A model generated the notes under the pieces. The model made no database searches and was not told the DNA's origin. It saw nothing but the letters and a program-made list of their open reading frames with translations. DNA of 64,000 nt. It comes from a virus. The stretch covers positions 1-64,000 of the IMG/VR virus record IMGVR_UViG_3300042894_002769; one strand, given 5' to 3'. Positions 13,701-19,978 of the stretch are shown here, one piece after another. The translations under genes were made by a program, and so were the position numbers. Every line of letters starts with the position of its first letter. Within the stretch, counting starts at the first letter, position 1.

Positions 13701-14162
13701 ATCGACATCCGTGAGCATTCTTGTCACAGAATCAGTGGTTGCTGCATTTAATGTGGCGCGTAATTGGTCAGCTGCGGTTGTTGCGGCTTGCTGTGTTTTT
13801 TCATTTACCTTTTCAACACTTGCGGAGTCAAGTGTTAATTCGACAGGAACTGAGTGCTTACTAATAGCTCGTAATGACGCTTCAACTTGTTCATCGCTTG
13901 CGATGATGTTAACGCCAACATTAACAGTTTTATTTGAAAGTTTTGTAGACAGTTCAGTTTCAGTCACATTCAGATTGACATTCTTCTGAATTGTACCTTC
14001 GCTTAATGTTTTTATTTGTTCTTTGGCAGCAGTCGTGTCAGCTTGTACTTTGACAGACGGTTTTTGTTTATTGATATGCTCATTAAGTTCAGCTGCGTGT
14101 TTAATCGCAGCTTCACTATCTAAATCAACATTAATCTTTACACCAATCTCACCATCTATCAT
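1719..14162 (-). CDS. Giant tape measure protein (4147 aa) with tape-measure domain and lytic transglycosylase (SLT) domain
   Basis: Follows the tail chaperones. Tape-measure motif (ISQDTRTSLEGTATLFSRM...LLQLEQALGGVVVRGQEFKSI); SLT motif (AVIEQESQW...GATGLMQI...ALAGYNFG) at ~9500-9850; C-terminal FADGGAF...GEAGSEAIMPL motif. Confidence 0.93.
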   Translation of the reverse strand: MIDGEIGVKINVDLDSEAAIKHAAELNEHINKQKPSVKVQADTTAAKEQIKTLSEGTIQKNVNLNVTETELSTKLSNKTVNVGVNIIASDEQVEASLRAISKHSVPVELTLDSASVEKVNEKTQQAATTAADQLRATLNAATTDSVTRMLTDVDKAYKQITSNFANIQSSVTETLRNIESMQSQLDSALTKSSKAITDNAKATNKEIASSAQLSLDVIINSTNEATKAIESGLKAEATARRETVDIVKSVEQEKTAVIVAETNKRTEALAVLEQKEKSFVNLGAGVTGSGGRAIGGTYNGMPAGLSMAAYPDQSEVFKRGDYSYGGLQSTGTTGGTTSQNLVPNGAAVLKEAEKKALDERFKLVMESEERLGTKQNELRDFYRQADANRDKFMMGERIAEFEKLLDAQEKELLAEQSAKQSAAQKDAERLANVRKERSELNSMLLEMEQRRLSEEESLRNFNRQADLNAERMRVSEMTRMYDALFAVDNTLVEHEKRMLAEKAALQEFYRNAELNAERTKVSEMTKMYNELFQARKSMSEAEFLMQNAGMTAQGYAKYKEPQNYVAIPPQMATGAIADQTIVELAKIEKYQQMMASQQEKLNAAVTAKDIATRENAIHRIETLQQGSISRMLSMINESTTIEERYKIDAAVKIGNAQINENKIVTESILRNIQLAAEAEARGFEAAMAHRVANEKEMFELRKADIIKEAEIQQIQDNAHYADMKRQREERGQMLSQGKAFVTSREDISILQEYTKAHSGLNTAMGMVHNTMGMVTNVLMQLGVYLSARQLLEYADHWMHFVSMVKVAMHQMVDGLERVTGATEILNAEQRKMLVEMKVDEVFKISQDTRTSLEGTATLFSRMSRAVEAMGMGNDKAMTLTKELGQALMIMGLNTQNARGALLQLEQALGGVVVRGQEFKSINDGIPIVMQVAIKHYNEAKAALKGMNEEGLERGSAALEKYVEAHKGLVMSLPQGRELMLQGKMYSAVYAEALLRAKDELNALSKDVEVTFGQSFAIIENAFTRYLGKLNESSGVSKDFAELARKLADNFDTLGSVVISLGAGIGVFSTAVIGSTLLVNLWNMALSRNPIMMIIGLVASLGTAIYTFKNTNTDAITGINASWEALWKTFDESENPIVKTFKLISAEFEGLKNTITFVQEKFNEMQKSKSVFSDYGFGFHSMPQLMARAMSGETNNNVAGLKSEYDKNKADVDAKNEMAKVEKQLEAIGLLDQLNKYQGTYEQKLLEGQRILNQQVATNAKILAIEEETYKLYQKAMPAREEAISKAQDEFAKKYESKIRTTTGESNFKVADILRIVREGNLNDLGSKNSSNYMRGVALQEGMASVAADAGKAFDLQKMEEKSAQLQRELENFKETLPRLQESNLQYVESQNKMMESMYKKYNIGFKKAMVESYDLAVQEIDAKTVTPRVATTTKEVLGYIDTYAAKFKVDTNLVKAVIEQESQWKVNAHNKSGATGLMQIKPSNFDAYGITDPKNIEQNIRAGVKILSEVLNTFGGDVKKALAGYNFGTGNFAKVGNDLSRVPAETKNYIPQVLQYYQQYAAGKEGKLAPEVIAQIQSLAGEYKKVTKEALVPDFSGQSEALAKLLTEEYTLMTELSSKAGIIKTKEEQADFELGKKRLATLRSLINDQESIEKEASDRYIKGLDAKLAAEKRTYEAQMVLINAKAKLQNEVELAALAKNKGGFAIAPIQGMMLSDTSSLSEQEALLADMVQQQKNIRDLKRPENERILLEYERDILDANEKVALLKTKISSEQSALMGLLKSQATVEDDLTLANEKQLELLLKGAKAVETANLLKTKGVTADSKAGQNIIQLQDQKEMLGFIEKAGLGVDNLSQSLSTMFTDMLVQGKTATQALGDMFKSMLNRMIGAAMDFIAQGIVKQLFSGLSGEGFSMGGSLTALAGAVAIGTYMGLSKAEPKLNTSQTSMTSDYPNGIPADASSMQAVDMSVANMDFLIYSKEATQFNKDLRDGLGKGFSLMYKQSDAISKFAGDTLQAYFPETMSAIKSAYTAFKESLAPITETVKAGYAAVTDYLGLTSGAAVASNLSIQASSAAIASLNTAVSSAITPATFNAITTGTSAAGVAGTGAALGTNASTNLSNAIGNAITPTFESTKTAIDGAAKASKGLSSSLLSTIGFVASLGIEAYSLATSWDKLDGVMGKTIGVIDALGNVAFAASIATMGSTIASMNPVLLGIAAAASVISTTMSVIKDGFTPMNISRMVGMMAGAIIGTILLPGIGTLLGIIIGDMIGKLIGSLFEHQKKIDFGIIISKGMNAIGENGKSKYADVQAPTVNKVSKENRVLAMSTNMGDVYYGRTQGLDYAITKQEKEFVTRVGNTLQSIGNVVGTVDKALGNSEDYTRGIFRNIGATMKRVESSSFDAMKMTNWLFNSVVTNLQKTNTEAGRQVGGWLSVFIKNLPKEYTTSVILALTESKQITNTKTQAIETTTILQKMATESPIGVLEFIQKRLGDMVKSKKTVQQMADETFKAISDSTVGLSAINEQFIKLGIVMDILAKKKINTAVIGDAANATTTGKSTTSQQDISQTAGIVNTIVNAYKMSIAQALQYTSSLADVAHNIFVRSGTEINKIYDKLQAGGITEAPASLTKYPTTVDKLGMDTTKGILTYGKNDVYGNKSYVRDTTNLNPVESNLPLFQKFFDTLPRLTEKQLTTIETLNYGSVKAVTAALKTLPKEFVNQPWVMTYTSADKDAYAANVAGMKQLASAFTAEYRNRNLLDITGKYSPTDVVSKAQTDLMQKIDNTTNAFLTTQKLMGKDAANKEISRSSLPDLIAAFKQGGMSVAGTAQDYGVIGTGDLTYALTTINAVADKYTTDTKKALDAANNALIVATQNKDKAGIASANKDIQKAQLAYDADKALQLQKATQEVQNSMGLVFEMFINASQKLSNIFAGKDDFGARAQAFVDALGGIDKAATAVDKAKKYAMTSSEYAQMKIDVAQARVDTILKSTTFKTLDEATKAFRNNPLDATLVTLMGAASDLKNAMDNASKAANDTATTFKKSLSDWATGLKITSLGSTKSQLDAAAMQYSKTMLRITNPISTADQEIAQSKITSVADAYLGAIKNFYGSSKAGVDLQQQVIDKVTSLPEALDVQQAMLAELKLIKVGIYTKPTFAGIEDATTKVIDNLAASIANLGSVTQSKLAVDAKASVMLETTKMVEGASASDAAFLNKFIQAIGSDTGLVTTIDAIVSVGIDTTKQEETLNALTTAFSALRFEIKNVRATPTPENIAQLQADLDTFDTLQAEVLGIVKDLKVNPNDKDLIARLQQSVDKLTGLSAKITGLNVTDSSLRSVSQSIKDFLAQGSYRVPVTASGSSLVEMMVTLRERFSAFIGRITIADNPATTTKLRDSLTKTFAVIDSKVFTTLSTASQSEVVRTMHSAFDHIQATIESTLSESKKADVLTRLNKAFAAIPAIVNANLNGSALTEASNTLKVAFKTITADIAPMVNPVLQAKAEKAIDTAFGSIEATINSKASPATIKSTFSTLTSAFSSVIASVNPDINEKTQDAALIALERGFSAVKATIISDLDDGAKASVVSELKTAFGKMTDLITVEIAPESQAKALHALEKAFSAVDVLITSNVDPKTKLAASKEMTSTFGTVKSLVESSINADSQNIAIDSLERAFSSVEAVATAKISPESKTAAISSLKLALTGIQADINNVVLNPSDANVAALNAKLKRFGDLSASVNATIENFDVSSSSEADLAKEVSDINDLYADVGLQVKSGASSDLNTEIANLTKAIKNIKVGLAVNIDNLSNEALGKVENVKDMAADKIVFNIQIPAISTSTIDALTTAIKTAVTEVLNMITGFDSMLTKAGEVQNAIDLFSTGNAKIEAYIPAKNETRNKKNYIGLSNMGIEDYLSSVSKASDVQKWQDTGAYKTTEKSAIDIGAKMYNVFNDPNSTYNKNLSWVLGYNATHDKQIDMEITPYQDLEREIDMVNTSAYETGSKQGSKKTSATDEYKKALGYYNEALKTAKSTAQNYYTLTGYNMGGGTMRMFADGGAFTNGIVSKPTTFNIGMMGEAGSEAIMPLTQTSSGLGVRAVVKTQAANNDSYEKKCEEEIVEMKLQNKILKAQNDILQEGFKQLIEQAHSQNMSLESIKQTSKEAAYA

Positions 14163-14539
14163 TTCTTAGTTTCCTTTTCTTGAGCCTTAGCTGCGAAGTC
14201 CATATAGATACCGTCGAGCCGTTTAATAACTAATACTTCAAAAGGGGAAATAGGTTTTTGCATCAACATTGACCAAGCGAGAATTTCACTATAGGCTAAG
14301 GGTGATGTCCCCATACCATTGTTTTGTCTGCCCGAATTCAGTTGTAGAAACCAATCCCATAAGTAACGAACCATATCGCTAACCTCGATACTTTTTAGTT
14401 GCTCAGGGATTGATTTTGTGTGTTTAGCGACTTTTTCCAAATGCTCTCTAAGTGTGCATCCGTCGCTTTGTTTCTCAGAAAGGGTTAGTTCTTTTTCTGC
14501 GAAATCAAATAAATCTGAAATCAGGCTGCTGTAAAATTT
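14159..14539 (-). CDS. Tail assembly chaperone, C-terminal (GT-like) part reached by -1 frameshift
   Basis: The -1 frame is open from the slippery heptamer A AAT TTT (14533-14539) through ...DGCTLREHLEKVAKH...YLWDWFLQLNSGR; the tracked ORF 14159..14440 is its distal part. Confidence 0.8.
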   Translation of the reverse strand, partial: KFYSSLISDLFDFAEKELTLSEKQSDGCTLREHLEKVAKHTKSIPEQLKSIEVSDMVRYLWDWFLQLNSGRQNNGMGTSPLAYSEILAWSMLMQKPISPFEVLVIKRLDGIYMDFAAKAQEKETKK

Positions 14540-14922
14540 TTGATTTCATCACTAGCATCGTTTACTTGCTTTCTCAATTCAGGATTGATTGTGCAAAGTT
14601 CGATTGCTTTTTCAGGTGAGTAGTCAATGTCAATACCAGACCAGCCGATGATACGCTTTGCTGTTAGTTCGACAGAAAATTGGACATCGTCTCTTGCTTT
14701 ACGAATTTCGATTTCTTTACCTTTACGCTCACTTAATTTATCTGAACGACGTTGCGCATCGGCATTTTCCAAAACAGCATCAGTGATGATGTTGCTATGG
14801 CTGCCAATTACTTTAACTTTAAATTCAGTTTCTTTTTGTGTGTTTGGGTCAATGTACGCAAATTCAAAAGGTTTGTCAGCGGTAGACACTAAGTCCATGT
14901 CTTTGAATGATAAAACTGCCAT
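14521..14922 (-). CDS. Tail assembly chaperone (G-like)
   Basis: 133 aa between major tail protein and TMP; slippery site just before its stop codon. Confidence 0.85.
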   Translation of the reverse strand: MAVLSFKDMDLVSTADKPFEFAYIDPNTQKETEFKVKVIGSHSNIITDAVLENADAQRRSDKLSERKGKEIEIRKARDDVQFSVELTAKRIIGWSGIDIDYSPEKAIELCTINPELRKQVNDASDEIKNFTAA

Positions 14923-15007
14923 AAATAATTTCCTGCTTGGTTAGTTAATACGAATCACGATTGTTTCATACTCGTAAAGACTTGTCAAACAGTAATATAT
15001 AAGGGGA

Positions 15008-15031
15008 TGGCGGGAGAGAGTTCCCCCGCCA
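15008..15031 (-). other. GC-rich hairpin after the major tail gene (stabiliser or weak terminator)
   Basis: TGGCGGG...CCCGCCA inverted repeat; no clear U-tract. Confidence 0.45.
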
Positions 15032-15042
15032 ATAAACTCAGA

Positions 15043-16833
15043 TTAAGCGTTTGAGTCGTGAACTTGAATCGTAGTTGCTTCAAATCCGTTTGTGCCTTTA
15101 CCAAGAATCGCAGTAAATGGTGCTGATAATGACAAGCCTTTTTCACCGTCATCTTTTGTTGCGCCAGTTAATTTGATGCGTGGCATTGTCACAGTAAATG
15201 TTGAAGAACCTGCTGAATCGGTACTACCTGCACCAGTAGTCAATACTAATACAATAAAGCCTTCAGATTCATTGAGGAACTTATCACGAAGAACAGTGTT
15301 TTCGAAATACGCAGTTAAGTTACCAGATACGTCGATAGCGCCAACAAATACATCAGGAGTTACATCTGAGCCAACGCAATCACCTTTTGTACCATTACCG
15401 TTAATAGTAATGTCAAATGCCGTGATTAAGCCAGATTCGATAACGTCATCAATGTAAATCGCACCAACAGCTGATGAGAATACTGAATCTGTACCAATTG
15501 CTTGTGCGCCAGCTGCTAATACTGATGTCGTACCTGAAGTCATGTTTTGACCCATGAACGAAATATCAGCAGTAACCAAACCAGATGCAGGTGCTTTAAT
15601 TGCTAACTGAGTTGCACGGCAACCTTTGAATACTTCAGATACAGCAATATCACTAAACCAATGTTCAACACTGAATGAATCATTAGTGTGACCTGTTGTT
15701 GGAATAAATGTATTTTTACCAACAGTTGCAAATGTCACAGCTGAAGATGCTGTGCCAGCAGCAGTACCATAACCAGCCGCACCCACCCACAAATCAACAC
15801 CGTTAGCAATACGAACATCAATAACAGTTGAGCTAACAACGCGCAATACGACTAAATGGCGATTCAAACCACCAGCAGCTAATGATAACCAACCACCAGT
15901 AGCAGCAGTAGCTTTGATAACTGAACCAACTTTAACATTGGCAAAAGTACCAGTTGTTGCAGTTAATCTTGCACCAACAGCAGTTTCTAATGATGGTGTC
16001 ACAGCAGTTGGGAATGTTGCAGCAGGTGTGCTAAAGTTTCTACGCAAAACAGCTGCAATAAAATCAGAATATGAATTACTTGATAATTCACCACTAATTG
16101 AACCGTCAACAGATTTACCACCGTGTCTGAAATCAGCACGTTGCATATCAGTACGAATTTCATTTGATTTGAAAGTTGCTTTTTTCAATTCAATGTTAGA
16201 AGTAACACGACGTGCAATTTTTGGAGTTGAGCCAGTTAAACTCAATGTTACCGCTACACCAGTTGCGATAGCTTGTGGTAAAGGTGGTACAAATGTAATT
16301 TCAGTTGTAGTTGTTGCATTGTTAGTAATACCTGTAACTGTAAATACTTGTGTAAGACCGGCTAATGTAAATTGCTGACCTAATGCGTAAATACCTGTCA
16401 CAGCTGTTAGTAAAGTATTGTTATCACCAGCCATATTAGAACCACTAGTAGAACCAGCGGCACTTGGAACAGTGATGGTGTCAACAGCAGTTGAAGTTAC
16501 TAGTGTAGCAATTGCATTATTTGCAGCAGCGACAGCAGCATTATTTAATGTTAAAGCAGTTGTCACGCCAGTTGCACTGTGTGTTGCCGCAGTTACTTTG
16601 AATGATTCACCATTGATTTTAATAACTTGACCAACAAGAAATGTTCCAGTTGTACCAGCTGCTAAAATCGCAGTTGCTACAGCTGCCGCAGTTGCAGCTG
16701 CCGCATAAGTAACACCGCCTGTAATGGTCGCAGGTGAGAGTAAGCCTTCACCAGATACTCGCGTACCTAGTACACCGAAAGTAGATTCTTTCGCGTAAGC
16801 CACCTGCTTAAATATACCAGTTGCTATAGTCAT
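15043..16833 (-). CDS. Major tail tube protein with N-proximal insertion
   Basis: Motifs YAKESTFG and RRVTSNIELKKATFKSNEIRTDMQRADFRHG...GELS, C-terminal TMPRIKLTG; siphovirus tail-tube family; synteny. Confidence 0.85.
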   Translation of the reverse strand: MTIATGIFKQVAYAKESTFGVLGTRVSGEGLLSPATITGGVTYAAAATAAAVATAILAAGTTGTFLVGQVIKINGESFKVTAATHSATGVTTALTLNNAAVAAANNAIATLVTSTAVDTITVPSAAGSTSGSNMAGDNNTLLTAVTGIYALGQQFTLAGLTQVFTVTGITNNATTTTEITFVPPLPQAIATGVAVTLSLTGSTPKIARRVTSNIELKKATFKSNEIRTDMQRADFRHGGKSVDGSISGELSSNSYSDFIAAVLRRNFSTPAATFPTAVTPSLETAVGARLTATTGTFANVKVGSVIKATAATGGWLSLAAGGLNRHLVVLRVVSSTVIDVRIANGVDLWVGAAGYGTAAGTASSAVTFATVGKNTFIPTTGHTNDSFSVEHWFSDIAVSEVFKGCRATQLAIKAPASGLVTADISFMGQNMTSGTTSVLAAGAQAIGTDSVFSSAVGAIYIDDVIESGLITAFDITINGNGTKGDCVGSDVTPDVFVGAIDVSGNLTAYFENTVLRDKFLNESEGFIVLVLTTGAGSTDSAGSSTFTVTMPRIKLTGATKDDGEKGLSLSAPFTAILGKGTNGFEATTIQVHDSNA

Positions 16834-16845
16834 TTCGTTAATTCC

Positions 16846-17253
16846 TTAATTAAGAAAGTTAGAATAAAAATATACCTTCACAGTTACCACGAATCTATCA
16901 CCATTGGTATAGTTCGAGGTTTCAGGTGTGGCGTATATTACCACGTTAATTCCATTTTTAGTTAAAACAGTTCCTCGCTTGAATTTATTTCTCACGAGGT
17001 CTGCTCTGCGTAATGCGTCACCAGTACCTTTACCTCTTGGATAAAGTAAGTCAACTTGAAGATAACCTTCTTCTCTGTGCTGAATATCACCTATTGTTGA
17101 GTTGACAGGTTTAGTGGATGTGATGGTTACATATTGAAACGGAACATCAACTTTTGGTGTATATGATGTATTTTCAAAAACCGTATCGATTGCCGGTGTC
17201 ATTGTCAACAATGCTGACTCTAAAGCTGATTTAATGTTAATTAAACTACTCAT
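16846..17253 (-). CDS. Tail terminator (DUF4128-like)
   Basis: 135 aa, GYLQVDLLYPRGKG...RADLVRNKFKRG motif; immediately upstream of tail tube. Confidence 0.75.
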   Translation of the reverse strand: MSSLINIKSALESALLTMTPAIDTVFENTSYTPKVDVPFQYVTITSTKPVNSTIGDIQHREEGYLQVDLLYPRGKGTGDALRRADLVRNKFKRGTVLTKNGINVVIYATPETSNYTNGDRFVVTVKVYFYSNFLN

Positions 17254-17822
17254 TGTTTATATTCCATAATAGCTTTTCGTAATCCTTGTGTCATTGCTGC
17301 ATCAATATCAGAAGCAGTAATGTTATCACCAAGTACAGCATCAGGTGACGTTGCTGTTGGTGAAGGCATTACATACGCCCATGTCGCACCACCATTACCA
17401 TGACCATCCCATTTTTCAACAGCTTCAGCATAATATTTTTGAGGATTTCTTGAATTCGGTTTACTTCTAGCGTTGTTATAAATTATATACCGCTTTGGCT
17501 TAACGCCATCTAATCCATGATTTGTTTGTAATCTTGCAACTTCTGCTAATGCGCCAGAACCTGATGCGTCAGCTTCTCTTTGAAGATTTAAATCAAAACT
17601 AAATGTAGTTACATTCCAGTTATTTTTATAACCGCCAGCAGGTCTATGTGATGGTAATTCGGGCATAAAATCATTTTTACCACCTCTCCAAAACTCAGGA
17701 TGTCGAATAGGTGACATCTGTATCAAATAGGTTGTCAAATCAGCAACACCGTATCTAACAGCACGATGCCCAATGCGCTCGGCTTTATTTATTTGAGCCT
17801 TTAAAAATTCTTCAAGGTTCAT
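17250..17822 (-). CDS. Neck/tail-completion protein (HK97 gp10-like position)
   Basis: SP...GGYKNNWNV...IIYNN...YAEAVE pattern; synteny. Confidence 0.6.
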   Translation of the reverse strand: MNLEEFLKAQINKAERIGHRAVRYGVADLTTYLIQMSPIRHPEFWRGGKNDFMPELPSHRPAGGYKNNWNVTTFSFDLNLQREADASGSGALAEVARLQTNHGLDGVKPKRYIIYNNARSKPNSRNPQKYYAEAVEKWDGHGNGGATWAYVMPSPTATSPDAVLGDNITASDIDAAMTQGLRKAIMEYKQ

Positions 17823-18178
17823 GTCACACCTCGTACTTGAACCTCGTACAGAACGACAACTGATGCCGGTTTAATAATTTTCACATCGATGACTGAAAAT
17901 TTATCAGTACCAACAGTTATGGTGTCATTTGGTAAAATTGCAGATACCCCGACTGGACTAACTAATAACTTTCTATCTGAGAATTTGATTGAACCTGAAC
18001 TTTTCTCATTGTCTGTAAACGTATCGACAACTGCCACAGTCGATACAGTTACTTCAGTTTCGCTATAGCCGCCAGTATTGGCATCATATTGACCTGTCGA
18101 TTTAGAGGTAATCGTAACGGCTTGCCCAAACTCCGCAAGCAAATTATCCGCAGTTATGAGCAAATTTTCGTAGTTCAT
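17819..18178 (-). CDS. Head closure/head-tail joining protein
   Basis: 119 aa, LLAEFGQAVTI...YDANTG...DRKLLV...LYEVQVR; synteny. Confidence 0.7.
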   Translation of the reverse strand: MNYENLLITADNLLAEFGQAVTITSKSTGQYDANTGGYSETEVTVSTVAVVDTFTDNEKSSGSIKFSDRKLLVSPVGVSAILPNDTITVGTDKFSVIDVKIIKPASVVVLYEVQVRGVT

Positions 18179-18684
18179 CGGATTACTCTACCACTACCAG
18201 TTGTATTCGATAATAAAGTCTTAGCTAAATTATCAGCCATGATGTATTGTGAAAACTGCTTTCTTGTTTCAGGCTGATTATATGGACGTTCAATAACATC
18301 AACTGTTTTAATACTACCGACAGTTCGTTCAGTACGGGTATTGATTTGCAACTCAGTATCGATATTATTTGCAAGTTCAGCCTTAGCTGCAATCACAGCA
18401 TACTCACAAATAGCTTTGAGCATATTTGGTGGCATCGCTACGTCGCCATCACGAGGGAACGACAATGATTGTGTTTCAGTTAACGGTAAATCTTTTAATT
18501 TTGTTGCAAAGCGCATTTCAAAATAGTCAGTTGCTTTGACCAATGCGATTTTTTTCGCATCAGTAAACAAGTCTACCCAAGTCGCATTTCCGCGCAATGT
18601 GAAATACTCATTTGCAAACTCTAATGTACATAAAGAATTAGCATCCACTAATCCTGTACCATCTTCAGCAATAAACATGACCAT
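18175..18684 (-). CDS. Head-tail adaptor (DnaT-like-domain family)
   Basis: EDGTGLVDANS...YFTLRGN...ALVKATDY...QSLSFPR motif typical of this adaptor family. Confidence 0.75.
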   Translation of the reverse strand: MVMFIAEDGTGLVDANSLCTLEFANEYFTLRGNATWVDLFTDAKKIALVKATDYFEMRFATKLKDLPLTETQSLSFPRDGDVAMPPNMLKAICEYAVIAAKAELANNIDTELQINTRTERTVGSIKTVDVIERPYNQPETRKQFSQYIMADNLAKTLLSNTTGSGRVIR

Positions 18685-18743
18685 CCTCGCTTAACATTAT
18701 TTTCAACATATTACAATGTTTTTTATAAATTGTCATTATTAAA

Positions 18744-18772
18744 TAAGAGCTATTTATCGCAATAGCTCTTAA
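18744..18772. terminator. Hairpin/terminator between head-fibre cassette and neck genes
   Basis: TAAGAGCTATT-tatcgc-AATAGCTCTTA inverted repeat. Confidence 0.55.
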
Positions 18773-18776
18773 TGGT

Positions 18777-18968
18777 TTAGCCAAACGTCATGCCAATTTC
18801 AACATATTGGTTTTTTGAAAACTCAGGAACTTCGGCTATCGTACCGACAACTCCTGTTTCAACATCATAATATTTTTGAACCACAATTGAATCGATTTCT
18901 TCTTGTGATAGACCTTGATAAAAATGTGTGCAATTTGGCATTTTGTCTGCCAGTTTTAATGTTGCCAT
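18777..18968 (-). CDS. Small hypothetical virion-cassette protein
   Basis: Likely start MATLKLAD at 18968, coupled to the upstream stop. Confidence 0.5.
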   Translation of the reverse strand: MATLKLADKMPNCTHFYQGLSQEEIDSIVVQKYYDVETGVVGTIAEVPEFSKNQYVEIGMTFG

Positions 18969-18970
18969 TG

Positions 18971-19978
18971 TCAACTCCAAAATTGAATTAAAGTTTCTGT
19001 GTATGTACCACTACCTGTATTTTGTTGCCAGCTTGCAGGTGGAGCTGAGAGAATACGCGCTAAATTGAATCCTGTAAATAAGACGGACGTATAATCAAAA
19101 ATAAGCGTTTTCGCAGACGGGTTAGCAATGAGCATTGTGTTCATTCCCGAACCATAATTAAACATATCTGTGAATCTTGAATCGCTAATGGTTATTAACT
19201 TCACAGAACCTATTGTGGACGTAATTGCGAACACATCTCTAAAGTCTTTGATTGACACCACTCTACTAGCCGATATGAATGATGTTTTAAATAGTTCAGT
19301 ATCTATGTAAAATTTAAGCGTGTTAATTTTAACTGAACCTGTAAAGCTAAAGAGCAGTCTGTCAATAGGTACGTTAAGTGACGCAAAAGTGACATTAGCC
19401 ATGCTAACTGTCTGCATACCATAAAAATTACTTCTAAGTATCGCCATTGACGGGTTGTCGCCAAAAACATAATCGTATTTTTTAAAAGTTACAATTTTAC
19501 CAAGTGGTACTGACGATGTTTTAAATAGTGAGGTGTCCCTATAAAACTTAGCTGTTGTTATTTTCGGCAAACTAATAAGTGACCCAACGTCAAATCTAAG
19601 AATACTTTTATTTAACATTGAAATTACTTTAACTGTTGTCAATCCAGCAAATTTATAAACATTTTTTAGATTTGATATTGTTGTGACGCTCACGGGTTTA
19701 ACAAAAGTAACAAATTCAGGTCTAGCTATACTTCTTGTGATAACGGGAGCAGGTTTAATAAACGAATGGTCAAATCTTAATTTTACTGAGTATTTTGAAT
19801 ATAAACTTCCAGTGGGATTGGTTTTTAATCCGGCAAATTTATAAATTTGTTGAATGCCCGCGCTAACAAGTAACGCGGGTTTCAGTGCCGATATTTCACG
19901 AGTAAGCGAACCGATAGCCGCACTGCGACTACCAAATCCGAATTTATAAATTCCCGTGACATCGACTATTGGAATCAT
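18971..19978 (-). CDS. Hypothetical structural protein with internal repeats
   Basis: 335 aa; repeated YKFAGL...LRFD and KFYxDTxLFKTS segments; translationally coupled in the late operon. Confidence 0.55.
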   Translation of the reverse strand: MIPIVDVTGIYKFGFGSRSAAIGSLTREISALKPALLVSAGIQQIYKFAGLKTNPTGSLYSKYSVKLRFDHSFIKPAPVITRSIARPEFVTFVKPVSVTTISNLKNVYKFAGLTTVKVISMLNKSILRFDVGSLISLPKITTAKFYRDTSLFKTSSVPLGKIVTFKKYDYVFGDNPSMAILRSNFYGMQTVSMANVTFASLNVPIDRLLFSFTGSVKINTLKFYIDTELFKTSFISASRVVSIKDFRDVFAITSTIGSVKLITISDSRFTDMFNYGSGMNTMLIANPSAKTLIFDYTSVLFTGFNLARILSAPPASWQQNTGSGTYTETLIQFWS

